A stretch of DNA of 60,124 nucleotides, taken from contig CAYYQD010000003.1 in the NCBI GenBank assembly GCA_964473735.1, forward strand, positions 1 to 60,124. The letters run 5' to 3'. A program made the translations under genes and the position numbers. How positions within the stretch are numbered: position 1 is the stretch's first letter; the number at the start of each line of letters is the position of its first letter. The notes under the pieces were generated by a model that made no database searches, had not been told where the DNA came from, and worked only from the letters and a program-made list of their open reading frames with translations. The stretch is from an uncultured bacterium. GTDB taxonomy: Bacteria; Hydrothermota; Hydrothermia; LBFQ01. Shown here piece after piece: positions 26,730 through 36,292 of this stretch.

Positions 26730-26735
26730 ATTTTA
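26730..26735 (-). promoter_or_regulatory. -10 box TAAAAT, 9 nt before ATG 26720 (copZ)
   Basis: The minus strand reads ctgTAAAATctctcccccATG. Confidence 0.5.
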
Positions 26736-26822
26736 CAGTTGAACATTTTTATGTAAAAAAGCTTAACGTTTCGCATTCTTAAGTATTGCAACCTCATAGT
26801 ACATTCCTATTTCCCCTCCCCA

Positions 26823-26828
26823 TAGAAT
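26823..26828 (+). promoter_or_regulatory. -10 box TAGAAT, 6 nt before ATG 26835 (CofE-like)
   Basis: ccaTAGAATacgctcATG. Confidence 0.55.
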
Positions 26829-26834
26829 ACGCTC

Positions 26835-27530
26835 ATGGAACTGCAACCCAACCCGGGAAAGAGCCTGACGATTCGGGTGGGAGATGAGGTGTGGGCACGC
26901 TATCCGGTGCGCACTCACGTCATAAAACCGGGGGAAGACATAGTCTCCGTAGTTGAGAGGTACGTCCGTCCCCACCTAAAGCGAGGGGACGTAGTCTTCG
27001 TATCCGAGAAGGTTGTTGCCATAGCGCAGGGTAGAGCTTACCCCATAGACGAAATAAAGCCCTCCCTATGGGCCCGTCTCCTCTCCCGCTTCGTTACCAA
27101 GAGCCCCCACGGTATAGGCCTCGGGAGCCCCTGGACCATGGAGCTGGCCATAAGGGAGGCCGGCCTCCCGAGGATCCTCTTAGCCGCCTCCGTGGCCGCA
27201 CTGACCAGACCCTTAGGTATTCGCGGCCTCTTCTACAGGATAGCCGGGAAGAACGTCTCGGCCATAGACGGCCCCACCCCCTACACCCTCCCCCCTTACA
27301 ACCGCTACGCCAAACTGCCACCTAAGGATCCGGACGGCGTAGCCCGTAAAATATCGGATAGGATAGGCGCCCCCGTCGTGGTAGTGGATGCGAACGACTT
27401 AGGTGTTGAAGCTCTGGGCATATCCCATCCCGACATAACCCCCGACTTCGTCAAGGCCGTCTTCAGGGACAATCCCTTAGGTCAGGCCTCACAGCAGACC
27501 CCCCTCTGCATAGTGAGGCGGGTAGGGTAG
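26835..27530 (+). CDS. F420-0:gamma-glutamyl ligase (CofE)-like family protein
   Basis: 'GDVVFVSEKVVAIAQGR', 'LPPKDPDGVARKISDRIGAPVVVVDAND' and the C-terminal 'PLCIVRR' parallel CofE-family blocks as I remember them. Confidence 0.6.
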   Translation: MELQPNPGKSLTIRVGDEVWARYPVRTHVIKPGEDIVSVVERYVRPHLKRGDVVFVSEKVVAIAQGRAYPIDEIKPSLWARLLSRFVTKSPHGIGLGSPWTMELAIREAGLPRILLAASVAALTRPLGIRGLFYRIAGKNVSAIDGPTPYTLPPYNRYAKLPPKDPDGVARKISDRIGAPVVVVDANDLGVEALGISHPDITPDFVKAVFRDNPLGQASQQTPLCIVRRVG

Positions 27531-27554
27531 CCCCTACGTGGTCGGGTACAGGCG

Positions 27555-27560
27555 TATAAT
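27555..27560 (+). promoter_or_regulatory. -10 box TATAAT, 9 nt before ATG 27570 (exbB; head of the 14.5-kb operon)
   Basis: gcgTATAATaccaacatcATG. Confidence 0.55.
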
Positions 27561-27569
27561 ACCAACATC

Positions 27570-28205
27570 ATGGTAGAGACCCTGAGAGACCTGTTCGTGC
27601 GTGGCGGCGTGATGATGTGGTTCATCCTCTTCGTCGCCATAATAGCTACGGCCATTTCCATAGAGAGGTTCTACTCCCTATTCTGGAAGATCCGCGTCAA
27701 CCCCATAAGGCTCGTGGAACACGTGATCAAGATAATAGAGGAGAAGGGCGTCAACGAGGCCATAGAGTTCCTCGCCAACCAGAAGAACCCCGTAGCCAAA
27801 GTCTTAGCCGCCGGCCTTGAGAAGGTGGGCAAGTCCAAGGTCGTCGTGGAGGAGGCCATGACCCGCAGGGCCATCCGCGAGCTGGCTTTCTTGGACAGGG
27901 GGATGATATACATAGCCGCGTCCGTTACCCTCGCCCCCATCTTAGGGTTCTTGGGAACCGTCTCCGGAATGATAAACGCCTTTGACGCTATAGCCAAGGC
28001 CGGGGAGGTTGAGCCTACCGTCGTGGCCGCGGGTATATCCGAGGCCCTGATAACCACCGCCTTCGGTCTGATCGTAGCCGCCCCATTCTCGCTCCTTTAC
28101 GCTATATTCATGGACAGGATAAACTCCTATCAGAGGCAGATAGAAGAGGCGGCCAACTTCCTCCTTGAGTACCTCGCCGAGGCGGGTATAGTCAGGGAGG
28201 CTTAG
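27570..28205 (+). CDS. exbB: MotA/TolQ/ExbB proton-channel protein
   Basis: 211 aa with three TM segments. 'LGFLGTVSGMINAF' and 'GISEALITTAFGLIVAAP' are signature blocks. Confidence 0.9.
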   Translation: MVETLRDLFVRGGVMMWFILFVAIIATAISIERFYSLFWKIRVNPIRLVEHVIKIIEEKGVNEAIEFLANQKNPVAKVLAAGLEKVGKSKVVVEEAMTRRAIRELAFLDRGMIYIAASVTLAPILGFLGTVSGMINAFDAIAKAGEVEPTVVAAGISEALITTAFGLIVAAPFSLLYAIFMDRINSYQRQIEEAANFLLEYLAEAGIVREA

Positions 28206-28206
28206 G

Positions 28207-28632
28207 ATGGCCATCGTACAGAGGAAGAAGATGGAGGAGGAGGCGGAGATCCCGACCGCCTCCATGGCCGACATAGCCTTCCTCCTCATCATATTCTTCA
28301 TGACCACGACCAACTTCGCCCGGGAGAAGGGGCTCAAGTTCTTACTTCCGGAGAAGAAGGATAAACCGCAGGAGCTGAAGATAGCGAGCAAGAACCTGCT
28401 GAAGATTTCCATAAACGACAGGGGGGAGGTCTTCCTTAACGACCAGCAGATAGATCCCAACCGCCTTGAAGAGGAAGTGAAACGACGGTTAGAGGAGAAC
28501 AAGAAGCTCATTATACTCATCCGTACGCACGAAAACGCCCCCTACGGTATGATGATAAAGGCCTTTGATGCCGTTAAGGCCGCCGGGGGTAAGAAGGTGG
28601 GCTTAGGCGTAATAAAGGAGGAGGGATCATGA
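28207..28632 (+). CDS. exbD: ExbD/TolR biopolymer transport protein
   Basis: 'EIPTASMADIAFLLIIFFM' N-terminal TM segment with the conserved Asp. 1-nt gap after exbB. Confidence 0.9.
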   Translation: MAIVQRKKMEEEAEIPTASMADIAFLLIIFFMTTTNFAREKGLKFLLPEKKDKPQELKIASKNLLKISINDRGEVFLNDQQIDPNRLEEEVKRRLEENKKLIILIRTHENAPYGMMIKAFDAVKAAGGKKVGLGVIKEEGS

Positions 28633-29036
28633 GGCTAAAGCGTAAAAAGGAGATGAAGGCCCAGATCCCCACGGCCTCCATGTCCGATATAGCTTTCCTC
28701 CTTATAATATTCTTCATGACCGTGACCGTGTTCCGTAAGGCTCAGGGTCTCCCCGTCCAGCTCCCCTTTGCCAAGACCACGGAGCGTATCCTCAAGCAGC
28801 GCGACTTAGCCTTCGTCTGGATAGGCCGGAACGGTAAGGTAAGCGTAGATGACAACATCGTCCCTCCGGAGAAGATCGCCGTTATCTTCCGGACCAAGAT
28901 GGCCGACAACCCCGCCCTGATAGTGGATATAAAGGCGGATCAGAACGTGCGCTACAGGTACGTGTATAAGGTTATGGAGGCTTTGAGGGAGGCCAACGCC
29001 CTCAGGGTCGTATTTGCCACGAGGAAAGGACAATGA
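28629..29036 (+). CDS. exbD: ExbD/TolR biopolymer transport protein (second paralogue)
   Basis: 'QIPTASMSDIAFLLIIFFM'. 4-nt ATGA-type overlap with the preceding gene. Confidence 0.9.
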   Translation: MRLKRKKEMKAQIPTASMSDIAFLLIIFFMTVTVFRKAQGLPVQLPFAKTTERILKQRDLAFVWIGRNGKVSVDDNIVPPEKIAVIFRTKMADNPALIVDIKADQNVRYRYVYKVMEALREANALRVVFATRKGQ

Positions 29037-29692
29037 GGGAGAAGGATAAGAAGAGCCTCGTAAAGAGGATCTTCCTTGAGAGCGAATTGGAAACGGAATA
29101 CACGAGGGACTTAAACCTCGCCTTTACTCTGTCCCTCATCGTCGTGATCGGCGCCTTTCTCTTCGGTAAAGGATGCAAGATTGAAAATTACAAGCCAAAG
29201 AAGGCGCAAGAGACGGCCCTTGAACAGATAGACATCCAGACGGAGTTTGAGGAGCCTCCTCCTCCACCCCCTAAACCCAAGGTGGCCTTACCGGAGGAGG
29301 TTGAGGAGGTTGAGAGCGAGGCCGAGCAGGACACCATAAACATAGCCGAGACGGTTGAATTCAACGAAGAGGACGTACCCCCTCCTCCCCCTCCATCTCA
29401 GGTCTTTCAGGTGTACGAGGTGGATGAACCTCCGGAGCCGGTCGTGAACGTACAGCCGGAGTACCCCGAGATAGCCCGTCAGGCCGGCCTTGAGGGTAAG
29501 GTGCTGGTTGAAGCCGTTATAGACGAGAACGGGAACGTCATAGACGCCCGTGTAAAGTACTCCGACAACGAGATCTTCAACCAGGCAGCCCTCGCAGCCA
29601 TGAGGAAGATGAAGTTCAAACCGGCCAAGCAGAAGGGTATCCCCGTGAAGGTTAAGATAATACAGCCCTTCATCTTCAAGCTGAGGAGGTGA
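29033..29692 (+). CDS. tonB: TonB energy transducer
   Basis: N-terminal TM segment, Pro/Glu-rich spacer (EEPPPPPPKPK ... PPPPPPS), and a C-terminal TonB domain 'PEYPEIARQAGLEGKVLVEAVIDENGNV...KFKPA'. Confidence 0.85.
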   Translation: MREKDKKSLVKRIFLESELETEYTRDLNLAFTLSLIVVIGAFLFGKGCKIENYKPKKAQETALEQIDIQTEFEEPPPPPPKPKVALPEEVEEVESEAEQDTINIAETVEFNEEDVPPPPPPSQVFQVYEVDEPPEPVVNVQPEYPEIARQAGLEGKVLVEAVIDENGNVIDARVKYSDNEIFNQAALAAMRKMKFKPAKQKGIPVKVKIIQPFIFKLRR

Positions 29693-29758
29693 GGTATGGG
29701 GTTCTTCAGGGTGAGGAAGGGGGAGAGTTATAACAGCACCTTTAAAAAGGAGGTGAAT

Positions 29759-32700
29759 ATGAAACGCTTCTTAGTGGGACTTTTCGCCCTTCTTGTAGCC
29801 CTCCCGCTCTTCGGACAGTACGGTAAGATAGCGGGTAGGGTCGTTAGCGCAGAAAACGGCGAGCCTATACCGGCCGCGATCGTCAAGATCGTGAGCGGTC
29901 CCGCCAAGGGTGGGACCTACGCCGACGAGAACGGGTACTACGTTCTCCTGAGGCTTCCTCCCGGGACCTACACCCTTGAGGCCCGGGCCATAGGATACAA
30001 GCCCCAGATAGTTAAAAACGTCGTGGTGGATGCCGACCACACTACGGAGATCAACTTCCATCTCCCCTCCAAGGCCATCAAAGTCAAGGCCGTGGTCGTA
30101 GAGGCCAAGGAGAAGGTTATAAAGAAGGACGAGACCGAGAGTAAGTCCGTGGTGAAGGGAGAGAACATACAGAACATACCCGTCGCATCGCTGGAGCAGG
30201 CCATATCGCTCTCCTCCGGTGTCAGGGTGAGTGGCGGTGTGATACAGGTGCGCGGTGGTCGTCCCGGTGAGGTATCTTACGTCGTAGACGGCGTAGAGGT
30301 GACGGATCCCTACACAGGGTATCAGAGCGTGGACCTGCCCCTGAACGCCATACAGGAGGCCTCCGTAAGTAAGGGTGGCTTCGGTGCGGAGTACGGCTCC
30401 GCCTCCTCCGGTGTGGTGCAGGTGGCCACCCGTGAAGGTACCGACAAGTACGAGTTCTCATTCCAGACCTTCTCCAGCATCGGTATGGGGGGATTCTTCA
30501 ACACCAACGTTGGGGACCCCTACATGAAGTACTTCCAGCCCCCCTACTTCTACGGTGGGGATAAGTACAGGCTGGGGAACGGTAAGAGCGGCTCGGAGTA
30601 CTGGAACGACCTCATGAGCTTTGATAGGGAGCGCGCTGACATCTACAGCAAAAACCTCGCGGAGTTCGGTAAGAAGGATCCGTACTTTACGGACTTCGCT
30701 ACCTACTTCATAGGCAAGGACTACTTTAAGTACCCGTGGAGAGAGAACTACTTCCGTCCGATAATCGGTATAGGTGGCCCGGTCCTTCCTTTCTACGATG
30801 CCCTCCGCTTTTACCTCTCTTACGACTACACCACCACTCAGGGTACCTACCAGAACGGCATGAGGAGGGAAGGCTCCTATCAGTTTAAGCTCTCGTGGTT
30901 CGTCACCCCCAAGGTCAAGCTGTTCTTCGGGAGCGTAGGAACGGACGGAGAGTACGCCTTCGGTTTCTACCCCAACTGGAGGCTACTTCTGGCCCGCATG
31001 CCCGTAATAGAGTCCAAGAACAGGCAGTTCGCCGCCGGAGTGAACTACGCTCCCTCCCCCAAGTCCTATCTGGAGTTCAGGGTAGGGTACTTCAACACCT
31101 ATCGCCTTTATCTACCCTTCATAGACATAGACAAGGACGGGGTAGCCGACTTTACGGATCGCGACGGCGACCTCTTGGTTGAGGTGGACCCCGACATGCT
31201 GAAGCTCATAGGTCGCGCCCTTGACCCCAACCTCGTCCACGAGGATAACGGGAACTGGGTGGAGCTCCGTACCTTCTGGTGGGAGACCCCTCCGCAGGGA
31301 TACTATCCCACCTTTGTAAAGAGTACCAAGCGCCAGAACTACTACTTAGGTGTGGTTAAGGGTACGAACGACACCGTCCTCATAGCCTACGGCGACACCC
31401 TCTACGACAGCAGTGGCAACCCCGTGGAGGTTGATACCGTCTATCGGATCAAGAACTGTTACGTTCCCGTAGACGGGAAGGTGGAGGCGTGCACCACCAA
31501 GATGGTGTTCTCAAACATCTACACGCCCGAGCCTTATACGTGGCCGAAGCGGGTTTTCTACACCCGTAATACGAAGACGTGGAGCACCCGTCTGGACTTC
31601 CTATCTCAGGACCCCTTCGGTCTTAAGGGGCACGAGTTTAAGACGGGCTTTGAGTTCTACAGGTACGACATAAAGCAGACGGACGTGTATTACGCCTCCG
31701 GTGGGAACATCTACATAGACTTAGTGGATGCCCAGCCGTACAAGGGGGCGTACTACATCCGCGATAAGATGGAGTTTGAGGGCTTCATAGCCAACGTCGG
31801 ATTCAGGTTTGACTACTACAACCCCAACGCGTGGGTACCGGGCGATCTCCTGAACCCTGTAAAAGATATAACGCTCGCCCAGATAGGACCCATATTCAAC
31901 AGGGATTCCTCCTGGTGGTACAACGACAGAACGACGAGGGACACCTTCTTCCTCCGGGACCCCAAGAGGGTCAGCCCCACGTTCTACGTAAGCCCCCGTA
32001 TAGGTATCTCTCACCCCATATCCGAGAACGACGTCCTCCACTTCACCTACGGCCACTACTTCCAGATACCGAGGTTGAGGTGGCTGTTCGCAAACCAGTA
32101 CTGGTTCTTCACGGGCGCCTTCAACATAATGGGTAACCCCTCCCTCAAGCCCGAAAAGACCATATCCTACGAGGTCGGTATAAAGCACGCCTTCACCCCC
32201 TACACGGTCATAGACATAACCGCCTTCTACAAGGACATAGCGGACCTGGTACAGAGCAAGTGGATATACATAGGGAACACCGGGTGGCAATACACCACCT
32301 TCGTGAACCAGGACTTCGGTTCCGTGAGAGGAGTTGAGATAGACTTCACGAAGACCCCCGGTGGAAGCAACCCCTACCTCCGCTTCCTCACCCTGAATCT
32401 GGCATATACCCTGCAGTTCGCCAAGGCGAGCTTCGCCAACCAGTACGCCCTATATGCCCTCACGTGGTCGGGTATAGCGCCGGAGTACGCCGAGGAGCAC
32501 TACGTAGACTGGGACCAGAGGCACGTTGTGAATGCCGTGGTCTCCTACGATATACCCCTGATCCGTAAGACCCTATCTCTCCAGTTCATGACGGGGTACG
32601 GTGTGTCTCTGATTTACACCTTCGGTACCGGTACCCCATGGTCTCCTCCTCTGCGTAGCCCCCGCGACGTCCTTGAGAGGATGAACAGCCTCCGTCTCCC

Positions 32701-32938
32701 CGCTACCCATAACGTAGATTTCCGTATCTACAAGAGCTTCGGCCTACCCTTCGGTGCTAACCTTCGTCTGTTCGCGGACATATACAACCTCCTGAACGAC
32801 CGTACCGTCGTCTCCTACGCCGACCAGAACTACTTCTACTACTTCGGAGACCCCGAGGGGCCGACCAAGGATCCGACGGTGTATAAGAGGGGCAGGCTTA
32901 CGAGGTACGGCCTGCAGATCACGTGGAAGCAGAGGTAA
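29759..32938 (+). CDS. TonB-dependent outer-membrane receptor with N-terminal carboxypeptidase-regulatory-like domain (Oar/SusC size class)
   Basis: AAGGAGGTGA SD 4 nt before ATG 29759. Signal peptide 'MKRFLVGLFALLVALPLFGQ'. CarboxypepD_reg block 'GRVVSAENGEPIPAAIVKIV...GTYTLEARAIGY'. Plug domain 'VVEAKEKV...IQVRGGRPGEVSYVVDGVEV', followed by a long beta-barrel. Confidence 0.9.
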   Translation: MKRFLVGLFALLVALPLFGQYGKIAGRVVSAENGEPIPAAIVKIVSGPAKGGTYADENGYYVLLRLPPGTYTLEARAIGYKPQIVKNVVVDADHTTEINFHLPSKAIKVKAVVVEAKEKVIKKDETESKSVVKGENIQNIPVASLEQAISLSSGVRVSGGVIQVRGGRPGEVSYVVDGVEVTDPYTGYQSVDLPLNAIQEASVSKGGFGAEYGSASSGVVQVATREGTDKYEFSFQTFSSIGMGGFFNTNVGDPYMKYFQPPYFYGGDKYRLGNGKSGSEYWNDLMSFDRERADIYSKNLAEFGKKDPYFTDFATYFIGKDYFKYPWRENYFRPIIGIGGPVLPFYDALRFYLSYDYTTTQGTYQNGMRREGSYQFKLSWFVTPKVKLFFGSVGTDGEYAFGFYPNWRLLLARMPVIESKNRQFAAGVNYAPSPKSYLEFRVGYFNTYRLYLPFIDIDKDGVADFTDRDGDLLVEVDPDMLKLIGRALDPNLVHEDNGNWVELRTFWWETPPQGYYPTFVKSTKRQNYYLGVVKGTNDTVLIAYGDTLYDSSGNPVEVDTVYRIKNCYVPVDGKVEACTTKMVFSNIYTPEPYTWPKRVFYTRNTKTWSTRLDFLSQDPFGLKGHEFKTGFEFYRYDIKQTDVYYASGGNIYIDLVDAQPYKGAYYIRDKMEFEGFIANVGFRFDYYNPNAWVPGDLLNPVKDITLAQIGPIFNRDSSWWYNDRTTRDTFFLRDPKRVSPTFYVSPRIGISHPISENDVLHFTYGHYFQIPRLRWLFANQYWFFTGAFNIMGNPSLKPEKTISYEVGIKHAFTPYTVIDITAFYKDIADLVQSKWIYIGNTGWQYTTFVNQDFGSVRGVEIDFTKTPGGSNPYLRFLTLNLAYTLQFAKASFANQYALYALTWSGIAPEYAEEHYVDWDQRHVVNAVVSYDIPLIRKTLSLQFMTGYGVSLIYTFGTGTPWSPPLRSPRDVLERMNSLRLPATHNVDFRIYKSFGLPFGANLRLFADIYNLLNDRTVVSYADQNYFYYFGDPEGPTKDPTVYKRGRLTRYGLQITWKQR

Positions 32939-32949
32939 GGAGGTAGGAA

Positions 32950-35283
32950 ATGAAGAGGTACGCATTACTCTTATCGTTGACGGCCTTAGCCCTTCCCCTA
33001 TGGGGTAGGGATAGGGTTCCCAAAGGCAACGCGGGAGACTTCCGTGTACTTGCCACTTCGGACAAACAGTACGTGCTCTCCGTGGGAGACGTATGGACCA
33101 CCTTTACCAACTTCGGGGAGCACGGGGACGCCAACCTCATCCTTCCGGGGTACAGCAGACCCGGAAACACCCCCGGGCAGAACGTGTATTACCTGTGGGA
33201 CGGAAGGGTCTGGATAGCGGCCTTCTTCCAGGGGAACAAGTACGTGACGACGTACGACTACGGACTCAGAGAATGGTCCCCCAGTCCCGATAACGGCCCT
33301 ACGGGTTTCGCCTTCATAGGTGCCGACAAATCCTTCCTTGACGTTGAGGCCCGCTATCAGGATTTCAAGAACGACACGAGGAACAGCGGGCGACACACCG
33401 GTCTTAAGGTCATAGAGAGGATACTCTCGTGGCCCCACGACCCCTACAACCAGTTCTTCGCGTACGAGATAGGTGTCACCTTCGTCAAGGACTCCTTTGA
33501 CATATCCGACAACAAGCCCGACTCCCTGCAGATATACGTCGCATGGAACTACGATGCCGACGTATGCGGTGCCGACGCTACGGAGCCGCACATAGACGAC
33601 CTGGTCTATTACGACGGCGCTCCCGAGGACTGTAATATCTCCCTCATGGCCCATCCGATGGGGTGGGAGGACAGCGTGTCCGTCCTTATAGACACGACCA
33701 TCCACACGCCCGACGATATACCCGACGGCTACACCATCTGGGGGGACGATCCCAAGGAGAAGGAGATAACCATCGCTTACTACGAGGCCCACTTCGGTGC
33801 CGGTGCTCGTCCCGACTCCTTCATGCTGGTGCGTCCCAGTAGGGACAACCCGGATCAACTGGACACGGTGTATTACTACTACCTGATACCTCGCAACACT
33901 TCTATGATCTACGACTGGGACAACCCCTCCGAGACCGGCGAGGACATCGGAGATAACGGGATGTGTAAGGGATACATCGGCATGAGGCTCGTATACGCCC
34001 CTCCGAGCGATAACGACCTAACCGCCACGAACGGACAGAGCGTCGGCTCTCTCTGCCGTCCTATAACGCTGGCCAAAAGCACGGGTTCCGGAGACAACGT
34101 GCGCATAATATACCCTCACGCCCACCAGTGGTGGAACTGGGAGAACGACCCCGGAGACGACAACGCCCGCTACGACTACATCGTGGGGGATCACCCGGCG
34201 ACCAGACCTTACAAGTTCGCCCCTCATCCCTTTGACTTCGGTGCCACGCAGTTTGACTACAGGTTCCTCCTATCCACCGGTCCTTACTGGATACACGATG
34301 GGGATACCCTATGGTTCGTGGTTGTCGGTGGTGTTGGTGAGGGGATGGACGGAGATACGGACAACTACTGGTACGGTGGGGCTTACAAGCTGGGCCTCCG
34401 TCAGCTGATGGATCAGGCCTTACTGGCCTACTACACCGGTTCCAACGGTCTATGCGATCCCGCCCACCCTTGCGGACCCAACGAGGCCCCTCACTGGAAG
34501 ATCCCCATACCGCCCATTACCCCTTCCTTGAGCTACGGTCCATCGGGAGATTCCGTGATCCTGATATGGGACAAGCGGGCCGAATACACCATAGACCCCA
34601 TAAAGAAAGAGATAGACTTCATGGGGTACGCCATATACCGTGCCAAGTTCGGGCCCAAGTTCAACAACCCTCCGGTTAAGATACTCATTGACGCCGATAA
34701 GGACCCGGCCCTTAAGGACTCCGTCAGACAGTACTGGATAAACTACTGGCAGACGGTTGCCGGCGTTGACGTGAGCGATAGGATAGAGGAGAAGTCCTTC
34801 AGAGGGCAGAATACGTACATAGACAGAGATCCTCCGAAGGGTTATCCTCTGTACTACGCCGTTACGGCCTTTGACTGGGAGCCGGCCATACGTGCCAGCC
34901 TTGAGTCCTCCGCCAACAACTATCTGAAGAGTGCGGACGGTTCCCCCAAGCCCATTTACGTCGGTGGCCCCTCCGGAGGGTCCGACTGGACCAAACGGGT
35001 CGTGATAGCACCCAACCCCGTCTACGGATCCTCCAAGTGGGCGGCGACGAGTATAACCCCCGAGATCAAGTTCTTCAACGTCCCAGCCTCCGCCCGTATA
35101 GACATATACTCCTTCACGGGAGACCACATCAAGACGCTGTATAACAACCTACCCACCACCGGTGCCGTCTCCTGGAACCTCCTAACCCCTCAGGGTCGTA
35201 TGGTCTCGCCCGGTATATACTTCGTGCGCATCGTGGATAAGGACGGGAAGACGTACTACGGTAAGTTCGTAGTACTTAGATAG
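32950..35283 (+). CDS. 777-aa secreted protein of unknown function with T9SS/FlgD-Ig-like CTD
   Basis: AAGGAGGTAG SD. Signal peptide 'MKRYALLLSLTALALPLWG'. Tail '...RIDIYSFTGDHIKTLYNN...PGIYFVRIVDKDGKTYYGKFVVLR'. No catalytic motif recognised. Confidence 0.7.
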   Translation: MKRYALLLSLTALALPLWGRDRVPKGNAGDFRVLATSDKQYVLSVGDVWTTFTNFGEHGDANLILPGYSRPGNTPGQNVYYLWDGRVWIAAFFQGNKYVTTYDYGLREWSPSPDNGPTGFAFIGADKSFLDVEARYQDFKNDTRNSGRHTGLKVIERILSWPHDPYNQFFAYEIGVTFVKDSFDISDNKPDSLQIYVAWNYDADVCGADATEPHIDDLVYYDGAPEDCNISLMAHPMGWEDSVSVLIDTTIHTPDDIPDGYTIWGDDPKEKEITIAYYEAHFGAGARPDSFMLVRPSRDNPDQLDTVYYYYLIPRNTSMIYDWDNPSETGEDIGDNGMCKGYIGMRLVYAPPSDNDLTATNGQSVGSLCRPITLAKSTGSGDNVRIIYPHAHQWWNWENDPGDDNARYDYIVGDHPATRPYKFAPHPFDFGATQFDYRFLLSTGPYWIHDGDTLWFVVVGGVGEGMDGDTDNYWYGGAYKLGLRQLMDQALLAYYTGSNGLCDPAHPCGPNEAPHWKIPIPPITPSLSYGPSGDSVILIWDKRAEYTIDPIKKEIDFMGYAIYRAKFGPKFNNPPVKILIDADKDPALKDSVRQYWINYWQTVAGVDVSDRIEEKSFRGQNTYIDRDPPKGYPLYYAVTAFDWEPAIRASLESSANNYLKSADGSPKPIYVGGPSGGSDWTKRVVIAPNPVYGSSKWAATSITPEIKFFNVPASARIDIYSFTGDHIKTLYNNLPTTGAVSWNLLTPQGRMVSPGIYFVRIVDKDGKTYYGKFVVLR

Positions 35284-35293
35284 GAGGTAGAAA

Positions 35294-36280
35294 ATGATCC
35301 TGTGGATGCTTGTCGTTCAGTACGGTGAAAGGGACTACAACCCTTTCGCCAAGGTCGGAGTTGCGGGGAGTAAGTTCCTCCAGCTCTATACCTCCCCCAA
35401 GGTGGGAGCCATGGGAGAGGCCTCGGTTAGCTACTTTACCGACGACCCCCTACTCATGGTTGATAACCCAGCGTCCGCCATGTTCATGAGCAGTAAGGCG
35501 GTGGGGGTGGGTTTCATGCCCTACTGGGTCCAGACCTACGTTACCGACGTCGCGTACATACACCCCTACGGTAGGTTCAAGTTCGGTGGGTACGTACACG
35601 CCGCCACATCCCTTAACTTCAAACACACAGTCGTTACGGATAACGGGTACGAGGAGAAAGGTACGTTCAACTACACCGGTATGGCCGTCGCCTTCGTTAT
35701 GGGGGCACGCCTCACGGACAAGTTCTCCGCCGCCCTTGCTCCCAAGCTCATATACGAAGGCTTTGGGTCCTTTACGAGCACCTACGCCTTCGCCGTTGAT
35801 GTCGGTACGGTGTTTGAGACCGGGTGGCACGGCGTGAATATCGGTATGACCGTACAGAACTTCGGTACGGATCCGAGGCTCTCCGGCAACTACGTGATAT
35901 ACAACTTCACCGGAAACGAGGTGGTTGAGGACACGCTGCCCTACAAGGCCTACAACCTTCCCCTTACCTTCCGTGCCGGTCTCTCCTTTGACGTATTCCG
36001 CAGGTCCTACCACGCCCTGATAGGGGTACTGGAGGTAAATCACCCCAACGATAACGCCGAGTCCTACAACTTGGGATTTCAGTACTCCTACGCCGACATG
36101 TTTTTCTTCCGCTTTGGCAAGAAGTTCCGCGGTGGGTTCCAGTGGACCTCCGACTCCCACGACGAGGTGTTGAACTTCGGCTTCGGTCTCAAGTTCGCCA
36201 GTATGTCCTTTGACTACGCCTATACCGTGAACTACCGCATGCCCGACATCAGCAGGTTTGGGCTGGTATATACCTTTTAA
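35294..36280 (+). CDS. PorV/PorQ-family (FadL-like) outer-membrane beta-barrel
   Basis: N-terminal block 'AGSKFLQLYTSPKVGAMGEASVSYFTDDPLLMVDNPASAMF' matches the PorV/PorQ consensus (FL.I...aRa.gMG.A.v......a...NPA). Alternating beta-strand pattern. Ends in an aromatic residue, '...FGLVYTF'. Confidence 0.65.
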   Translation: MILWMLVVQYGERDYNPFAKVGVAGSKFLQLYTSPKVGAMGEASVSYFTDDPLLMVDNPASAMFMSSKAVGVGFMPYWVQTYVTDVAYIHPYGRFKFGGYVHAATSLNFKHTVVTDNGYEEKGTFNYTGMAVAFVMGARLTDKFSAALAPKLIYEGFGSFTSTYAFAVDVGTVFETGWHGVNIGMTVQNFGTDPRLSGNYVIYNFTGNEVVEDTLPYKAYNLPLTFRAGLSFDVFRRSYHALIGVLEVNHPNDNAESYNLGFQYSYADMFFFRFGKKFRGGFQWTSDSHDEVLNFGFGLKFASMSFDYAYTVNYRMPDISRFGLVYTF

Positions 36281-36292
36281 GGAGGTTTTGAA

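Noticed and set aside
29696-29758. Upstream ATG 29696 for the TonB-dependent receptor.
   Set aside because: It adds 21 residues before a perfect signal peptide. AAGGAGGTGA is positioned for ATG 29759.
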